A stretch of 53,579 nt of DNA, counting the filler, from Basidiobolus ranarum (taxonomy: Eukaryota), in the NCBI GenBank assembly GCA_040143965.1. It is 3 parts of 3 records of this genome, joined end to end, with 100 filler letters (N's around TTAATTAATTAA, not from the genome) between each part and the next. Parts side by side here need not be neighbours in the genome. Positions count along the whole stretch, not along the records: positions 1 to 17,828 come from JASJQH010000290.1; 2 more parts are not named here. One strand, 5' to 3'. Shown here piece by piece: positions 1 through 13,442 of this stretch. The first letter of the stretch is position 1, and each line of letters starts with the position of its first letter. Made by a program: the position numbers and the translations under genes. The notes under the pieces are model-generated. The model was not told the DNA's origin. It searched no databases and saw nothing but the letters and a program-made list of their open reading frames with translations.

Positions 1-111
1 CTAAGTAAATTCCAATTGAGAATAATGGATAATATCTTAGTGAATTATAAGATAACTAAGTACTAAGCTATATATGACTATATAGGTGTTTAGGCAATGC
101 TAATTTCAACA
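1..111 (-). mobile_element. Ty1/Copia LTR fragment (LTR 5' end TGTTGAAATTAGC on the minus strand), cut by the contig start
   Basis: Reverse complement matches the LTR copies at 17646-17828 and 36661-37007; ends ...GCTAATTTCAACA at 111. Confidence 0.85.
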
Positions 112-419
112 GTTAGTTGGTGTGAACAAATTGTGATATTAGTAGTAAGATAATACAAGATCTATAACTAACCATGTTGGACTTTCTAACCTATTGCTAG
201 GACTTGTTTTTTATAACACAATGGCATTATACATTTGTGTCATTAGATCCAGCTTTCTGCACACTTCTTGATATTGTTGGACACATTCTGACATTCTCTA
301 CCAATATACTTTTTGTCATAGCTTGTTTGTTACATTAGGTTAGTGTCCAAACATCTTTAACCTAATGCATCTAATGTATTCAAATATGATTTTTGATCAA
401 CTGGCAGCAATCTTCAAAT

Positions 420-646
420 TGGGAATGTATATAAGCTAGGTGGTTTTCACTTATTGCTCTATTGAGTAGAAAGTTGATATTTCCATGTGCACAAAGTTTG
501 GAGCTTCTTTGAAAAATCTCTACATCTAAGAACTTCTAAGTAAAGTACTCTTAAGAATAGTAGATGATATCTTAAATCAATATGGAATACCTAAATACCA
601 AGCTATATATAACTATATAGATGTTTGAGCTATGCTAATTTCAACA
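420..646 (-). mobile_element. Degenerate Copia LTR with internal deletion
   Basis: Ends GCTAATTTCAACA at 646. Shares blocks (catgtgcacaaagtttgg, aacttctaag, ttttcacttattg) with LTR 16759-17105. Left boundary is approximate. Confidence 0.75.
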
Positions 647-800
647 GTTGATATCCTGTTTCCAATTTTGTGTTCCAAATAGTCATCACCAAAAGTAGCC
701 CACTATATATATCTTAAACCAGGATAACTAGTCCTCTTCTAGTCTGTGAGAATCTATTGAACTGCTTCATGAGGTATTTGGACAATAACCCAAGTATTTG
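647..800 (-). mobile_element. Degenerate Copia RT/RNase H junction remnant
   Basis: Minus translation HEAVQ*ILTD*KRTSYPGLRY...GDDYLEHKIGNRIST resembles Copia H..AVKRILRYLKGT...GYSDxD...DRRST; many stops. Confidence 0.55.
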
Positions 801-1140
801 TCATCAGTGATAGACATGATTAGAAACTATTTGAAATACAGACATATATATTCACCTGTTATTGTAGAAGCATTTGATACTTGATTTCATAATACCAAGT
901 TGTAAAAATATTCAGCTACGCCAAAGAAGAAATCACATTCATATGGTAGTAGTTTAAGGTGTATACCGCAATGCAGATGGGAAGACACTGTATTGTGATT
1001 CATGGGATCTCATGGACAGATAATAGGTTGACATACGCTGCATTTTATTTTGTCAAAGAAACAGAAAATACAATTACAAGTCAGTGAATCAAAACAATTC
1101 GGCTGCGCCATAACCGCAATTGATCAAAGCAAGAAGACAT

Positions 1141-1671
1141 ATGTTAAGAAAAATCTGGATACTTGGCTTAGTCATGATGAAGCCTTCAGAATTCATACAG
1201 GCGGCTGGAGGGGAACGTCCAATAACCATGGACGCAGAAAAAAAAATTCATGAGCAATTTGAGCCCTACCAGGATATGATTGCATTCAGTTCGAAGAGAT
1301 ATGGAATTTCTTCTAAAGCAGATGTTTACACTTCATTAGAGTGGCATAAAGCGATTTCTTTCTATGGGCTGGCTCCTTCTGTGAACCCTCCGAAAAATCC
1401 CTTAGATTTATTTGAAATGGCTGGAAGCTTATGTCCTATGTTTATCGCAAAAAAGCAGATAGGGGTTGTCATTGCGGTTCCAGTTCAAGAGGGTTCTTGG
1501 AAGATTCAAGAGTTCAACACATATAAAGACTTGCTAGACGATATTGATGAAGCCGTATCACGCTTTTCTGAGCTATCAAACGAAGAACCACGCGTACTCT
1601 ACGATATGTACACAAATCTTAAAGCGGTTTTTACAGAACACAAAGTGATCCCATTTAACTCACACAATTGA
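1141..1671 (+). CDS. Intronless hypothetical protein (~176 aa from first ATG), possibly of bacterial origin
   Basis: Open ORF 1120-1671 with globular-looking composition (LCPMFIAKKQIGVVIAVPVQEGSWKIQEF), no obvious introns, lying next to TE debris. Family not recognised. Confidence 0.45.
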   Translation: MLRKIWILGLVMMKPSEFIQAAGGERPITMDAEKKIHEQFEPYQDMIAFSSKRYGISSKADVYTSLEWHKAISFYGLAPSVNPPKNPLDLFEMAGSLCPMFIAKKQIGVVIAVPVQEGSWKIQEFNTYKDLLDDIDEAVSRFSELSNEEPRVLYDMYTNLKAVFTEHKVIPFNSHN

Positions 1672-2312
1672 TTGAGCTTACAGAAGAACAAACCTCTTTC
1701 GATGGAAGACTTTACTACAATTATTCAGAGATTTTATAATAATTAGAAAAAAGATTGTTGTTGTGCAGGTACTATTAGAGATACCATAGCTACAACATAA
1801 GCAACACCCTTGGTCCTGAATGTGAGGAGGAAGGTCATCTCTTTATGATTAAAGTTACTTAAGGTTTTGTCAGGAGTATAAAACAGCCAAGAAAATGCAT
1901 TGGAACTAGTTGAGAATTCTTTTGTGAGTGTTTCTTCATGAGATTTTTGCACCTCATGATACTTTAAGTAATAGACTTAAGATGGGGATGTCTTGATTAG
2001 GCTAGGAAAGCCCTGTCCCTGCTTGAGCAAATTGCTCTTTAAATGTATAATGAATAAGTGTGGGTTACTTTTTGTTTGGGTCACTTATAGCGTTGACAAA
2101 TATTTTCTAGATACAATTTACGAGCAAGAATGAGACAGACTGGGCTGGTAGTATTTCAGATGAATTGGAGGTTTTAGGATAATTAGAAGCACTTTTTGAA
2201 AATAAATATTTGGACTTGGATATGTTATTGGCTTCAGAAGTATCCAGTAACTTATAAATACTTACTAACTAGTGTTGACCTTAAATGGTGGTGGGTGAGC
2301 GTTGGATAGAAA

Positions 2313-2415
2313 TAACCCTAACCCTAAATCATTATCAATATAGTCTAAGTAATGTAATCTAACCCTAACCCTAAATCATTATCAATATAGTCTAAGTAAT
2401 GTAATCTAACCCTAA
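2313..2415 (+). repeat. 47-bp tandem repeat (~2.2 copies), each unit starting with telomere-like (TAACCC)2
   Basis: TAACCCTAACCCTAAATCATTATCAATATAGTCTAAGTAATGTAATC at 2313 and 2360; partial third copy at 2407. Confidence 0.9.
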
Positions 2416-2836
2416 TGTTGTCTAGTTAGTTCATTGAAAAGTAGTGAGATCTTCACGTGCAAAAGATCGTTTTTCTATCTAGCAATCCTTTGCCTAGCCC
2501 TTAGCCAACCGGATCTCCCGTTTTACTAATTGATGTTCCGTACTAGTATTCGATGGATGCTTTTCTTTGCCTTATCCTACTTGATTTGGATTTGACACGT
2601 GCCTCGGATGGTGCGGGCTGCTGGATATCACTAGTGTCACATAGTCCTTTCTTGCCCATACTTTCACATGAAAATCTGATGTTACGATCACTACTCAAAT
2701 ATCTCCCAATTTACCTATTTCCATATGAACATAGCCTTGGCTCCCTGCAGTCAATTATAAGTATATAAGCGAATAAAGCCCATAAGCAGCCCCATAATTT
2801 CTTTCCCTTGTTGGTACACTTACTACTCTAACTAGA

Positions 2837-3659
2837 ATGCCCCTATTTCCTACACCTGATCTCTTCAATCAACTTGGCTGGCCCTTACTTTCTTCTAATT
2901 CTGAAATCCCAAACGATACCATTAAAATAGTGGAACTACCTGAAGATTCTCTGGAAGACATGCTTTCCTCTACGGAAGTCGATCGAGCAATCATTCTGTC
3001 AGCTCATGCTGTTGAGCGAGAACAAATGGGCAGAAGAGATGAAGCTTTGGGCCTGTATGTAGAAGCCCTAGAAAGCATGTTGAACGCTATGCCAGGTAAG
3101 CTTGTATTTCCTCAGTAGAGAAGTATTTGTTGACAGTTAACTAATAGTTTATCTTATTATTGTTGTAGTTCAAGAAGACCCTGAGCGTAAGAGAGCAGTT
3201 GCTCAAAAAATCAAGCAATACTTGGCGCAGAACGATATAGACCTCGATACAACACCTGAACCTTCCAATGCAACCATCTCTGATACTATTATCAATACAG
3301 CCATTAATACAGCGGTTGCCATCAAGCAGTCACCCATTCCTGATGCCATTAAATCCACCGTAAACTTTACACTAAGCAAAATGAAGAAGTTTGACCAAGC
3401 GTATGGTGTTCGTGAAAAAGCATGGAAACTGGGTAAAATTGGAGTAAACAAAACTCTAGAGATGGATCAACAATATAGGCTTCATCAAAAGATTAGCAAT
3501 GTGGTATTAACCGGAGCCACCGCAGTCATGAAAGCCGGTATTGCCTATCAAGTGGCCACACCTTATCAAGAGCTAAAATCCGAAGTACGGAGTCAACTAG
3601 AAGCCAACAATAATGCAGAACTTGGCTGTACTGATTCACACCTACTCAAAATCCAGTAA
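2837..3659 (+). CDS. MIT-domain-containing protein (2 exons; intron 3096-3168)
   Basis: Spliced sequence AHAVEREQMGRRDEALGLYVEALESMLNAMP|VQEDPERKRAVAQKIKQYL fits the MIT three-helix pattern; the GT-AG intron joins in frame. Confidence 0.75.
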
Positions 3660-3816
3660 ATTTGCTGACCTACAGTTGGTATACTTTCGATGACTGATAG
3701 ACACGTACTTACACATATATATTGACATGTACATCCAATTATAACTTAATTACTGTAATTAGCCCAACTCACATAATCATACCCTAAACACAATAAACTA
3801 TCATATAGATAGAAAT

Positions 3817-3872
3817 TACCATTATCATTATATTATCGGATAGCTACCATTAGCATTATATTATCGGATAGC
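3817..3872 (+). repeat. 28-bp tandem duplication
   Basis: TACCATTATCATTATATTATCGGATAGC followed by TACCATTAGCATTATATTATCGGATAGC (1 mismatch). Confidence 0.85.
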
Positions 3873-4484
3873 ATGACGGAAAAGCTATATATATATATAT
3901 GTTAGATAAGGGCGCACAAAGCCCTAACCCTATCATTGAAAAGGTGATTATTATTAAACGATTAAACCATCAAACCTCAGCTAGGCTCTACCCAGTTTGA
4001 ACCTATATAAGCTATATATATATACTTAATACATAGACAAAACCAATAAGTTATCCTATCCCCCCTAGGTTTTGCAAATGAAATTGAGAGATTTCCTTTA
4101 AATATGGTTTATTCATCTTCCTTGCTTTAAAACACTTGCACTACTCGCGTTGTTCACACTACCATAACTTGAAGCATTTCTTCAATATCACGTGTTCTCA
4201 AATCATCAAGTAAGCTGGATATATTAGGAACTTTTGAAACTAATCATTCCAACACTGTTTTTAAATAAATCATTACCCTCGGATCAAATCACACTAAGGT
4301 ACTAAATAGGCACGAAAATCGCCAACTCTGATATCATTACTGAGTATGCATTTACCCGAATAGTGCGGTATATATAAGCTGTCACTTTCTTCTATAGTCT
4401 GTTACTTTTCTTCGTCCGTCTTTTCTTCATCTTGTCCTTTCACTTTAGCTCTTATTTCTTGTACAATATTCGCCAACAATTACA

Positions 4485-7400
4485 ATGGTGAACGGTAATC
4501 AAGTGGCCTCATTATTTGAGACTCTCATGGTTAGTATGAACCAGCTGTTCAATTTGTAAAGAGAATTCTATTAAACCCGACGAACTTAGGACAACATGGG
4601 TATTGAAGAGAACAAGAGAGACCCTTTAAGGACGTTACCCGAAGAGCAAAAGCGAGCCATGATAAGGAATCAAACAAGAAGAGAGACCAGGAGCCCTGCT
4701 ACTGTGCGTAAATGTCTATAATCCTAAAGAGGTCTATTACAAGCTCTAATCCATTTTTCTTTTTGGACATGTACTTAGTTCTTGGTTAAGCGATACCACA
4801 AATTCAACAAGAAATTTCCCGAGTATTATATTCGAAAGTTGAGTGAGGCCAACGTCAAGGCATTATCAGCAAATGACTACAAATCGCTACACGTTTCACT
4901 TTCAACGCAGGCTATAAGGTTTGTTTAGTATGGTATAGAGATTGGATCAAACGGATTCTTAAACCGACATTTCTAGTTGGGTGCGCCAATTTGTGGAACT
5001 CAAAGGTCTACAATTCCTCACAGAATCCATCTACAATTCCTGCAACAAGCTCAACAGGTACTTTTTTTACGCCAACCTCATCACCAATTGGGTTTCTGAC
5101 CTACCACAGTGTTTACCATCCCTTACCACCACCACTACCCTTTCACTGAAACTGACACTTACTATATATAGAAACATGACGGATTTATCTCTGGAATATG
5201 AAATCATGAAATGCATTAAGTCAGTTTTAAACACCAAGGTTGGTTTTTAATATAAGAATCAAAAATATTCCCAGAAGAGGATATTTTTAGTTCGATCTTT
5301 CCCATTGATCATAGTCACTAAATCAACGTCATCTTTAATTTAATCCAGATTGGTGCTAAAAGTGTTTTAGCTCACCCGAAATGCATCACCGAGATCACTT
5401 TTGCGCTTGAGTCTCCCTCATTGGGAGTAAGAAAACTAACGGTCGATATATTAGCCTTTATATGCTACCTAAACATACCTACTGGAAGACAATATGTCGT
5501 TGACGCCATGAAGCATATCCAACAGATAAGGCAATATGACTATATTTATGAGGTGTGGCTGCGACACTTTACTCTTGACATCTGGAGAAGTGGCAACGAT
5601 ACCGAGGTTGATTGTAACAAATATGATAAGATCTCTTCGGACACCCACTTCTACGAATACTTGGTAAGTTTCTATCTATATTCGAACCAAAAGCCGTAGT
5701 ATTAATGATCTTTTCTTATAAAGGAGTCGAACTTCATATTCATGAATAGTTTGATCGACACTTGTGGCGAGCTAAAAAGCAGAATAACCACTCGTTTGCA
5801 CATGATCGCCTCAGGGATACGCTCTGTAGTTCATAAAGCCAAGCGATTTGGAAGCTCCACAGTAAATTATCAGCTGAAAAGATATGTATCTAGAGAGGAA
5901 GCTGATTATATGAGTATGTGCTCCGCGGATTTTAGTTGGCGTGGCATAAATCCTCATGATCTATTTATGGCCACATTTCGACCAGTCGACAGGACCAAGA
6001 GTCATAAACCTTTTTTATCCATTTTAAACCATTTATTACACGCTCAAAGAAATCCAAAGTCAAGGTAAAGATTTAATCGATGAATGAACGCGGGTTACAA
6101 GTATTAATGATGAATTCGAATTTTTAGAAACAATTATTACCAACTATTGGACTCTGTGGTAGAACAAATGGTCTCTGAAGAGATAACAACTGTGCATAAG
6201 AAAGTATCCAGGATATTTGAAGTACAAGAGCTCTCTTCCGCATCTGAAGATGAGAGTATATTCAGTTCACGTATTTCTAGACTTCGTGGCAATTCAATTG
6301 CTAGATCTAGCTCTTCGATATTATCCGATCAGTATCCCAAGACACCTACAATCGACTCGTTCAGTATGTGTGATAGCTTAGTTAATGGAACTTATGCTAT
6401 CCGCAATCAATTTGGGGACTCTAACAAAGAAGGGATTCCACCTCCTCCCCCACCGGTACCACCAGGTAATGTTGCATAGTATACTTGTAACAAACAATTG
6501 ATGCTTAAAAACAATCATCGTTTCTCATTAGGTGTTGACGAGTACACGAAACGTACACCTCAAAAACCTGTCAAGAAATTCAACTGGGAAAAACTACCGG
6601 AATACGCTGTAGAAAATACATTTTGGAAAGAAGGGGAAATTGTACCAGGTATGGTGAAATTGGAGGAAGAACTAGAAAAGGACGGAATATTTGAGGAATT
6701 GGAGGATAGATTCGCAGTCAAAAACAATCATACTACGCCTACGTTTGAAGTAAAGAAACAAGCACCGAAGTATATTCAATTACTGGACAGAAAACGTTCT
6801 CATCAAATTGGTAAGTAGTAAAAAAGGATGCACTCAAGAAACAATAATTGAATTAATCCAATGTTGGACACTAGATATCATGCTAAGCAGTATGAAGCAG
6901 TTGTCTCCAAGCGAAGTATGTGAGGCTTTTCTTAAAAGCGATATATCTGAGGATCTGCTGGAGAATTTCATGAAGTGTCTTCCCACTGAGCAAGAGGTAA
7001 ATCGAGAGCGAAATTTGACAATATCTTTAAGTTTGGTATTTATTCAGTCAATATTTTCTAGGCAAAAGTATTGGAATCGTACCTTGACTACGAAGGGAAA
7101 GAATTGGGAAGAGCGGAAGCTGTCTTGATAGAGGTAGGGTCATTCACGAGTAAATTATCAAAAGAAAAGGAGTGAAATTGATTTGAATCATTTGAATACA
7201 TAGACCCTTAAGATCGATTCCTTTGAGGAGAAATTGAAGGCGGTTTACTTAAAAATCACGTTTAATGAAAAGGCTTTCGGTATGGAGAAGGTAAGTATTT
7301 ATACCGAAAAGATTTCGACTTCTTATCATTCTAATTTTCATCGATTTTATTAGAGTCTTGATAGCATTCTTCAGGCCTGCGAAACTTTGAAATCTAGTGA

Positions 7401-8542
7401 GCATCTGGCTAAACTCTTACAGGTACGATTTTCAATTACCATACAATCTAATCATCCAACAAAGCATAACAAAAAACCCCTTCATCTAGCTGATCTTAAT
7501 TATTGGTAACTTTATGAATGGTAAAGATTTTCGAGGGAATGCCAAAGGATTCAAAATACACAGTCTCAACAGGGTAAGAAGAAAAGATCAATTTACTAAT
7601 TTCATATGTTCTCTAACTAAATTCACTCATTAGTTGAACGATATCCGTACCAACAATGATTCCACCACATTATTACACTTCCTTTTAAACGTCATCGAAA
7701 AGAAGTTCCCAGAGCTTTTAAAGATCAGAGAAGAGTTAAAAATCACCAAGGTCGCTAGCCAAGGTATGTCTAACATTTATCGATGATTGAAAACTCCAAC
7801 AATACTAATCAATGGAGATTTAGGATCTTTCACCGAGATCAGTGATATGATATACACTCTGAGAAACGAGCACAACAAATTAGCCCGCAATCTTGGGGTT
7901 GCTATTTCGAAAGAAGAGATGGTCGTGGAAGCTGAAGTGGAGGATTCGAGTTTATTCTTCACTGAAATGAGACGATTCTTCTCGGAAGCGAAGAACAGCT
8001 TGGCCACACTTGAAGAGAAACTGAACAATACCAGAGAAGTATTTGATGAAACAGTGAGATTCTATGGTGAAGACGCAGACACCATTAGCTGCCAAGATTT
8101 CTTTGAAATATTCCGAGACTTTTCGTATTCTCTCAACAATACCTTCAAAGATAACCAAGTGGAAAAGGAAAAGAGGGAAATATTGGAAAAACGTCGGGAA
8201 AGACAACAACAGATTGAATTAAGGAAAGAACAGCAACAAAGTCTCAGTAGACACAGTGTATACGATATTGATGTTTCTTCCATCACCGATGAGGATAGCG
8301 ATAACAAAGGTGTGATGGATAATCTATTAGAGTCTCTTCGTGATCATAGAAAACTTAGTAAACGTCGAGAGAAAAAACGTCCAGAAATCCCGAAATTACA
8401 TACCGAAATTTATAGGGATAGAGATATGGGAGCGATCTCTGCTACTCCATCTCCTATAGATATCGATCCACTTTCAGCAAGAGCTACTGAACTATTGAAC
8501 CAGATTCAATATGAGAACAAGCTACAAACTAGCGAATGTTAA
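4485..8542 (+). CDS. Diaphanous-related formin (GBD/FH3, short FH1, FH2, DAD), ~16 exons
   Basis: GBD-like LHVSLSTQAISWVRQFVELKGL; FH1 PPPPPPVPP; FH2 KKFNWEKL...TFW and IGNFMNG...AKGFKI; DAD-like GVMDNLLESLR; GT-AG introns. Confidence 0.9.
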
Positions 8543-8776
8543 GTTCAACCATTTGTATTCGCTATTTTTAATTGAATTTGATTGATTTGTATTTCATTTC
8601 ATCACATCACTTTCGGCCAACATGATCCACCATTCTGTACATAATCAATGAAGGTTACATATGTAAATCAATAAAGTAAATGTTGTATAACTATGCTTGT
8701 ATTTGTATCTGTAGGATAGAGATTCTCATTAATTTAATCGTTTTGTTGAAGTTTACAATTTATTGAGTGATGAGGA

Positions 8777-11700
8777 TTAATTTTCAAGTATTGGGAAAGC
8801 GATCAAATCCATTTGTTTCTTCAAGAATTTCTCATTGAATACTTTATGAACCATTTGGAGTATTCTTAATATATAATAAATAGTCAACAGAATAGATTTC
8901 TCCAAGTTATCTGGATTTGAGTTCTTTTCATCTGCATCTGTGTGTAATTGATTTACATGAGCACGAAAGTTATCGATCAATTCCTCAGTGGACATTAAAA
9001 AGAATTTTTGACTTAATATGAGATGTTGGTATCTTTTGTTTTCCAGTTCCTGTAATTTCATTCCATTTTCAGTGCTACCACCATTAAAGAAAGTTTTGGT
9101 AAGCTAGCAATAAAGAGGTTGAGATTTTAAGTATATTCACATTCACATTCACATTCACATTCACAATAGGTTTCCAAAATACGTGGATTCTTACCTCCAA
9201 ACACTTGAATACTACTTGTAATTCCGTTTCACTTAACGAGTTTCCGTTCGTACCTAATGGTGGGAAAAGGATATTCTCGTAGATGCTTAGAATGCTATCC
9301 CATATCTCCTTGGCTACCATATTCCAACTTTTATCGTATAGGTTTTCGTAGAGATTTCCCAGATTGTTGTCCAGATAATTCCAGAGTGGATGTAACGCTC
9401 TATCACATAGTTCAGCCGTGATCGCCGTCGTAGATTTCCCTTGGAAACGTACGAATATCCCGTAAATATGTTCACTAAGGTCCTGATGCATCTGGATAAG
9501 ACAGGGAAATATTTAAATGGGAGTGGAAGGGGTGGGGGGGGGGAGGCTTGGCTCATGAATTTACCTGATGTACAAGTAGACGTGACATATCAGTTAGTGT
9601 TACTGCGATGATATTTAAACTTTTTCCAAAGTAAAATTCCACATCTTCAGTTTCACCAAATGCCATACTACGTATCAACACTCTACCATGGGGAACGAGG
9701 TGAATCCAATCTTCTTGAATGGTATATTCTGAGTATACTTGTGGCTCTAATTTCAATGGTAATCCAGTACCGCAGATGTCTTCTTGCATGTAATTCTTCG
9801 CGCATACCATGACATTCAATTCCTCACTTCCATTCGCTTCGAATTGAAATGACTCTTCCCACCACGGGTTCAGTGATGAGTCGATCACCGTGGTTTCGCC
9901 GATCTCTCGACTCCCAACGCTCAACATCACTGATGGATCGCTCGACCCATTAAATCCACAGGCTTGTAGGTTTTGCGCCTGAACCACGGTGACCAAGTAG
10001 GTAAGTGAAGAGGGGACTTTAAGTGAGTTGACAACACCCAATCCGTCCTGTTCAGGGTTGTAATCTAGCGCAGTCCAAAGCTTGAATAGACTACTCTCTG
10101 CTTGGGCCAGATTGTTTAACATTACACAATACTAAGAATATCGAAAGATTTAGCTCATGTTAAATCAACAATATCCAAAGACTTACCTCTTTATGGATTT
10201 GGTATTCATTTTGGGTGGAGTCATTCCAGTTATTCTTTCTCAAAAGACTAGACCAGCTATATTTGCTTGAGTTGACAGTGCTAAGTGCGATCTCATCTCG
10301 TTGACTTTCCACTAGCTCTCGGAATTTCTCTCGAATGATCTGACAGTATAGTTGAATTCTTTTCATGACAATCTAGTGAATAAAGGTTGTTTAGAATTCA
10401 TGATTGAGTCAGCAATCTGTGCCTTTCCTCACCTTGGATAGATCCCGAATGAAATTCGCTTTCATCTGCGAGGATGGCCATTGTAGTTCGAATCCCGGGT
10501 TAAGTTGTTGTTGAAAGAAAGTGAACAAGTCAACAATAGAAGAGGAGTGTCGTAGTTTTTCCGATACAAAAGATAACTTCAAAAACTGGTTAGAATCCAT
10601 GGTCATTCTCGAGTAAGGATCTTTCTGGTACCTGATCTCCTTCAATGGCGCGCTTGACCCAGTCAAGTGCTTTGGTATCCAAATCAGCCAACCACCGATT
10701 GATTTGCGACTGAAACCATCTGGTCAGATCAAATTGGAACTGCAGTCTAGAGGAGAAAAGAAAAAGAGAGGAAAGGGTGTTAGAGATGAAGTAGCGTGAG
10801 TTCAAGGTAGAATATTTACCCGTGTAGTTTGGCGATATCCGACAATCGAGTGACATTGGAATAGAGCTCAAAGGTATCTCTTAAGGCAATGTGTTGACTG
10901 TTTCGATCGTCAATCATGTTCTGAATATCCAGTGTGAAATATCCCAACTGTGGTTTGAGCAAAGTAGATATGACGTTGATTCCTGGGGAGGTCTGAGTTC
11001 TAGATAGGAGTTAATGGATAGGGCATCTATTGCCATACAAAGAAAAGTCAATCAACGTACTTGAATTCGTCGAAAGGGAACATGGTTCGACACTTGGCGA
11101 TATCCTCCAGCATGATTCGTGTCATCTCTAACAGATTCTGAGCTTCATTGAAATCTTGCTCATCATCGAAGACTCTGACTTGCAACCCCTTGTATCTTTC
11201 CAGAGCCGAGTACTATACACACATGGAGTTAATCAATGTTGGTATTCTATTGTCTACCGTGTCAGGTTACCTGAATGCATTCTTCAATTTGTTGGATGAA
11301 AGGGCCAGGGCCTTCCCGATAGCTCATGAGAATCGGATTCTCTCTGATATTGCCTATGATCACTTTGATCCAACCGAATTCCTCTTGTGGATTGCCATCC
11401 AGCAACTGAAGCGTTTCTCCAAATCGTCTTACCAACAGAATTTCCAGTGAGTTACAGGCAGAAAGAAAGGCTTGGATCTGATAAAAATAAGGTTTAGTTC
11501 ATACATTGTTGACGCATTCATATTAGATTCGACCTACATCCGGGTGAATGGCGTCTTCCGTAAGCGTCTCTATTCCCAAGATAGCCTCACTTAAAGACCC
11601 ATACGACAGCTCCTCCATCTCCCATTTGATGGCCGCAACTTCAAGCTGGGCGGTCTGTCTGAAGAAAGATGGAATTCTCCAGTGATGAGAGCAGAGGCTT

Positions 11701-12736
11701 AGAAAGATGGTACTCGTTTCTTTGTATTTCTCATCACTTTGGTCTTCGGGAAGCATCAATAGTAGCAAATTCTTGAAATGTTTCCGGGCATCAGTGGGGA
11801 TTAGTGTCACCTTCTCTTCCTATGGTACGATTGACTTAGTATAGTTTCTTTCATCCATTATGACTGAAATTTAGTATACCTGCTCATCCAGTACACATGG
11901 TATAGACCGAAGTCCACTTAAAAGTTGGTTGATTTTTTCTTTTTCCGTAGATAACCATCCTTGAAAATCCGCATCTGACTCGAAATCCTCTGCCGTAAAC
12001 ACCGCCTCTCCTTCATCAAGTTTAGCATGATGAGATTGTAACTCAATAATGGCTGCCTAAAGGGTATACAGATGGGTGAGTAAAATTGGAATGGATTAAG
12101 GAACGCTGGTCTACATACTTGTCTTGTACAATATGGGCGTAAAAGATGAATATTTTCCTGGTGTTCTTTCGAGTCTAAATTAAATATCTCTCCCACAAAC
12201 TCCACATACTGATCCTGCTCTAAATGTAGCAGGATGAGTTTGTAACTACCCAACCTATTCATCAAATCAGTGTTTCCTCTGGCTAAAGGTAGTGCCACTA
12301 GAAGTAACTCATCTATACACTTTACCAGTCTAGTTTTAACTTGCAAAGAAGGGGATAAACCATTGTTTTGAAAGTCAAATAAAACGTAGTCCACATAAAG
12401 TTGGATGAGCTTCTCAAGGGTTACGCTCTCTGCGGTACCTTGACTACGCAAGGCTGTGGCCAAGGTTGCATAGCAACGTGAAGCCACTTGGTTGGGTTCC
12501 AAAGGATGGGTGGTTGGTGTTGTAGGTGAACTCGTCCCTTTCTCTAGTGCTTCACATAGGCCCTCACAAAACTCCTTTGATAATGAAGTTTCGGTTGTTT
12601 GAAATTTTTCCTTATATGTCTCCTGCCCGGCCTTGTAAACTTCTCTAGCGATATTCTGCTGTAATAAAGCGATTCTTAATGCATGTTCATATGTTTCAGA
12701 GAAGCTAGTCTCGTTGTCGGAGGGCATTTCTTCCAT
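8777..12736 (-). CDS. Munc13-homology (MHD) + C2 domain protein (Git1/Ync13/UNC-13-like), multi-exon
   Basis: C2 domain VTVVQAQNLQACGFNGSSDPSVML...SLNPWWEESFQF; MHD-like WVKRAIEGD..HSSSIVDLFTFF and PLWNYLDNNLGNLYENL; spliced exons between 12736 and 8777. Confidence 0.8.
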
Positions 12737-13442
12737 TTGAACGAAAGTTCCACTTTTCCCGATAAGTTCGTTTAACTAGTCTGTTTATATGGGCATAAAA
12801 TTTGGCAAGTAGGTTAGACTAATCTCGTAGCGAAAACCTAGGAATACAAGTGAGAAGTAGACTCGTTGAAAGATAGTTACTAGAAACCTCCCAGACCTGC
12901 CCAGTCTAGCTCACAAAGTATATTGTTGATCCATCAGTAATTAGACTGTGTGCACCGAATGAACGATGTCCCAAATTCGGTAATAATGACTTATTGGATT
13001 CCCATATTGATCCTGGATCCCAGCAATCAGGATGAAGTGTGTGTGCTAATCACGAAACGAAACAATTCTAACTCCCAGCATTCAGAGAGTGTCATAGCCC
13101 CAATATGATTATCAGCCATGTCATTCGATGTTGTGAATCAAATAGTGTTGTGCGTTCACGTGCGATGCAATGAGATCTTGTTTAGATAAATGCTATGTTC
13201 AGAACAAACATCCCATCACATCATAGATATTTCAACCCAATGATCCCGATTTTAACGATCCTATTTGTTAGTTGATTGTTTGAGCCATCTTCAGGCGCTG
13301 CTGAAGCAACATTATGTGCGTGTAAAATAAAATATCTCCTCCACGAACAGAGTGAATTTATTTTCTTTTAGGTTATATCTAAAAGTCTCTTCACTCACTA
13401 CTTTAGGAAATATTGAAACTCTATTTCGACGTAAAACTGAAA

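Noticed and set aside
2313-2415. Possible telomere or CRISPR-like array
   Set aside because: Only two TAACCC units per repeat, internal position, and no unique spacers; it is a simple tandem duplication.
9137-9163. (CACATT)n giving VNVNVNVN in the ORF track
   Set aside because: Intronic microsatellite within the Munc13-like gene, not coding.
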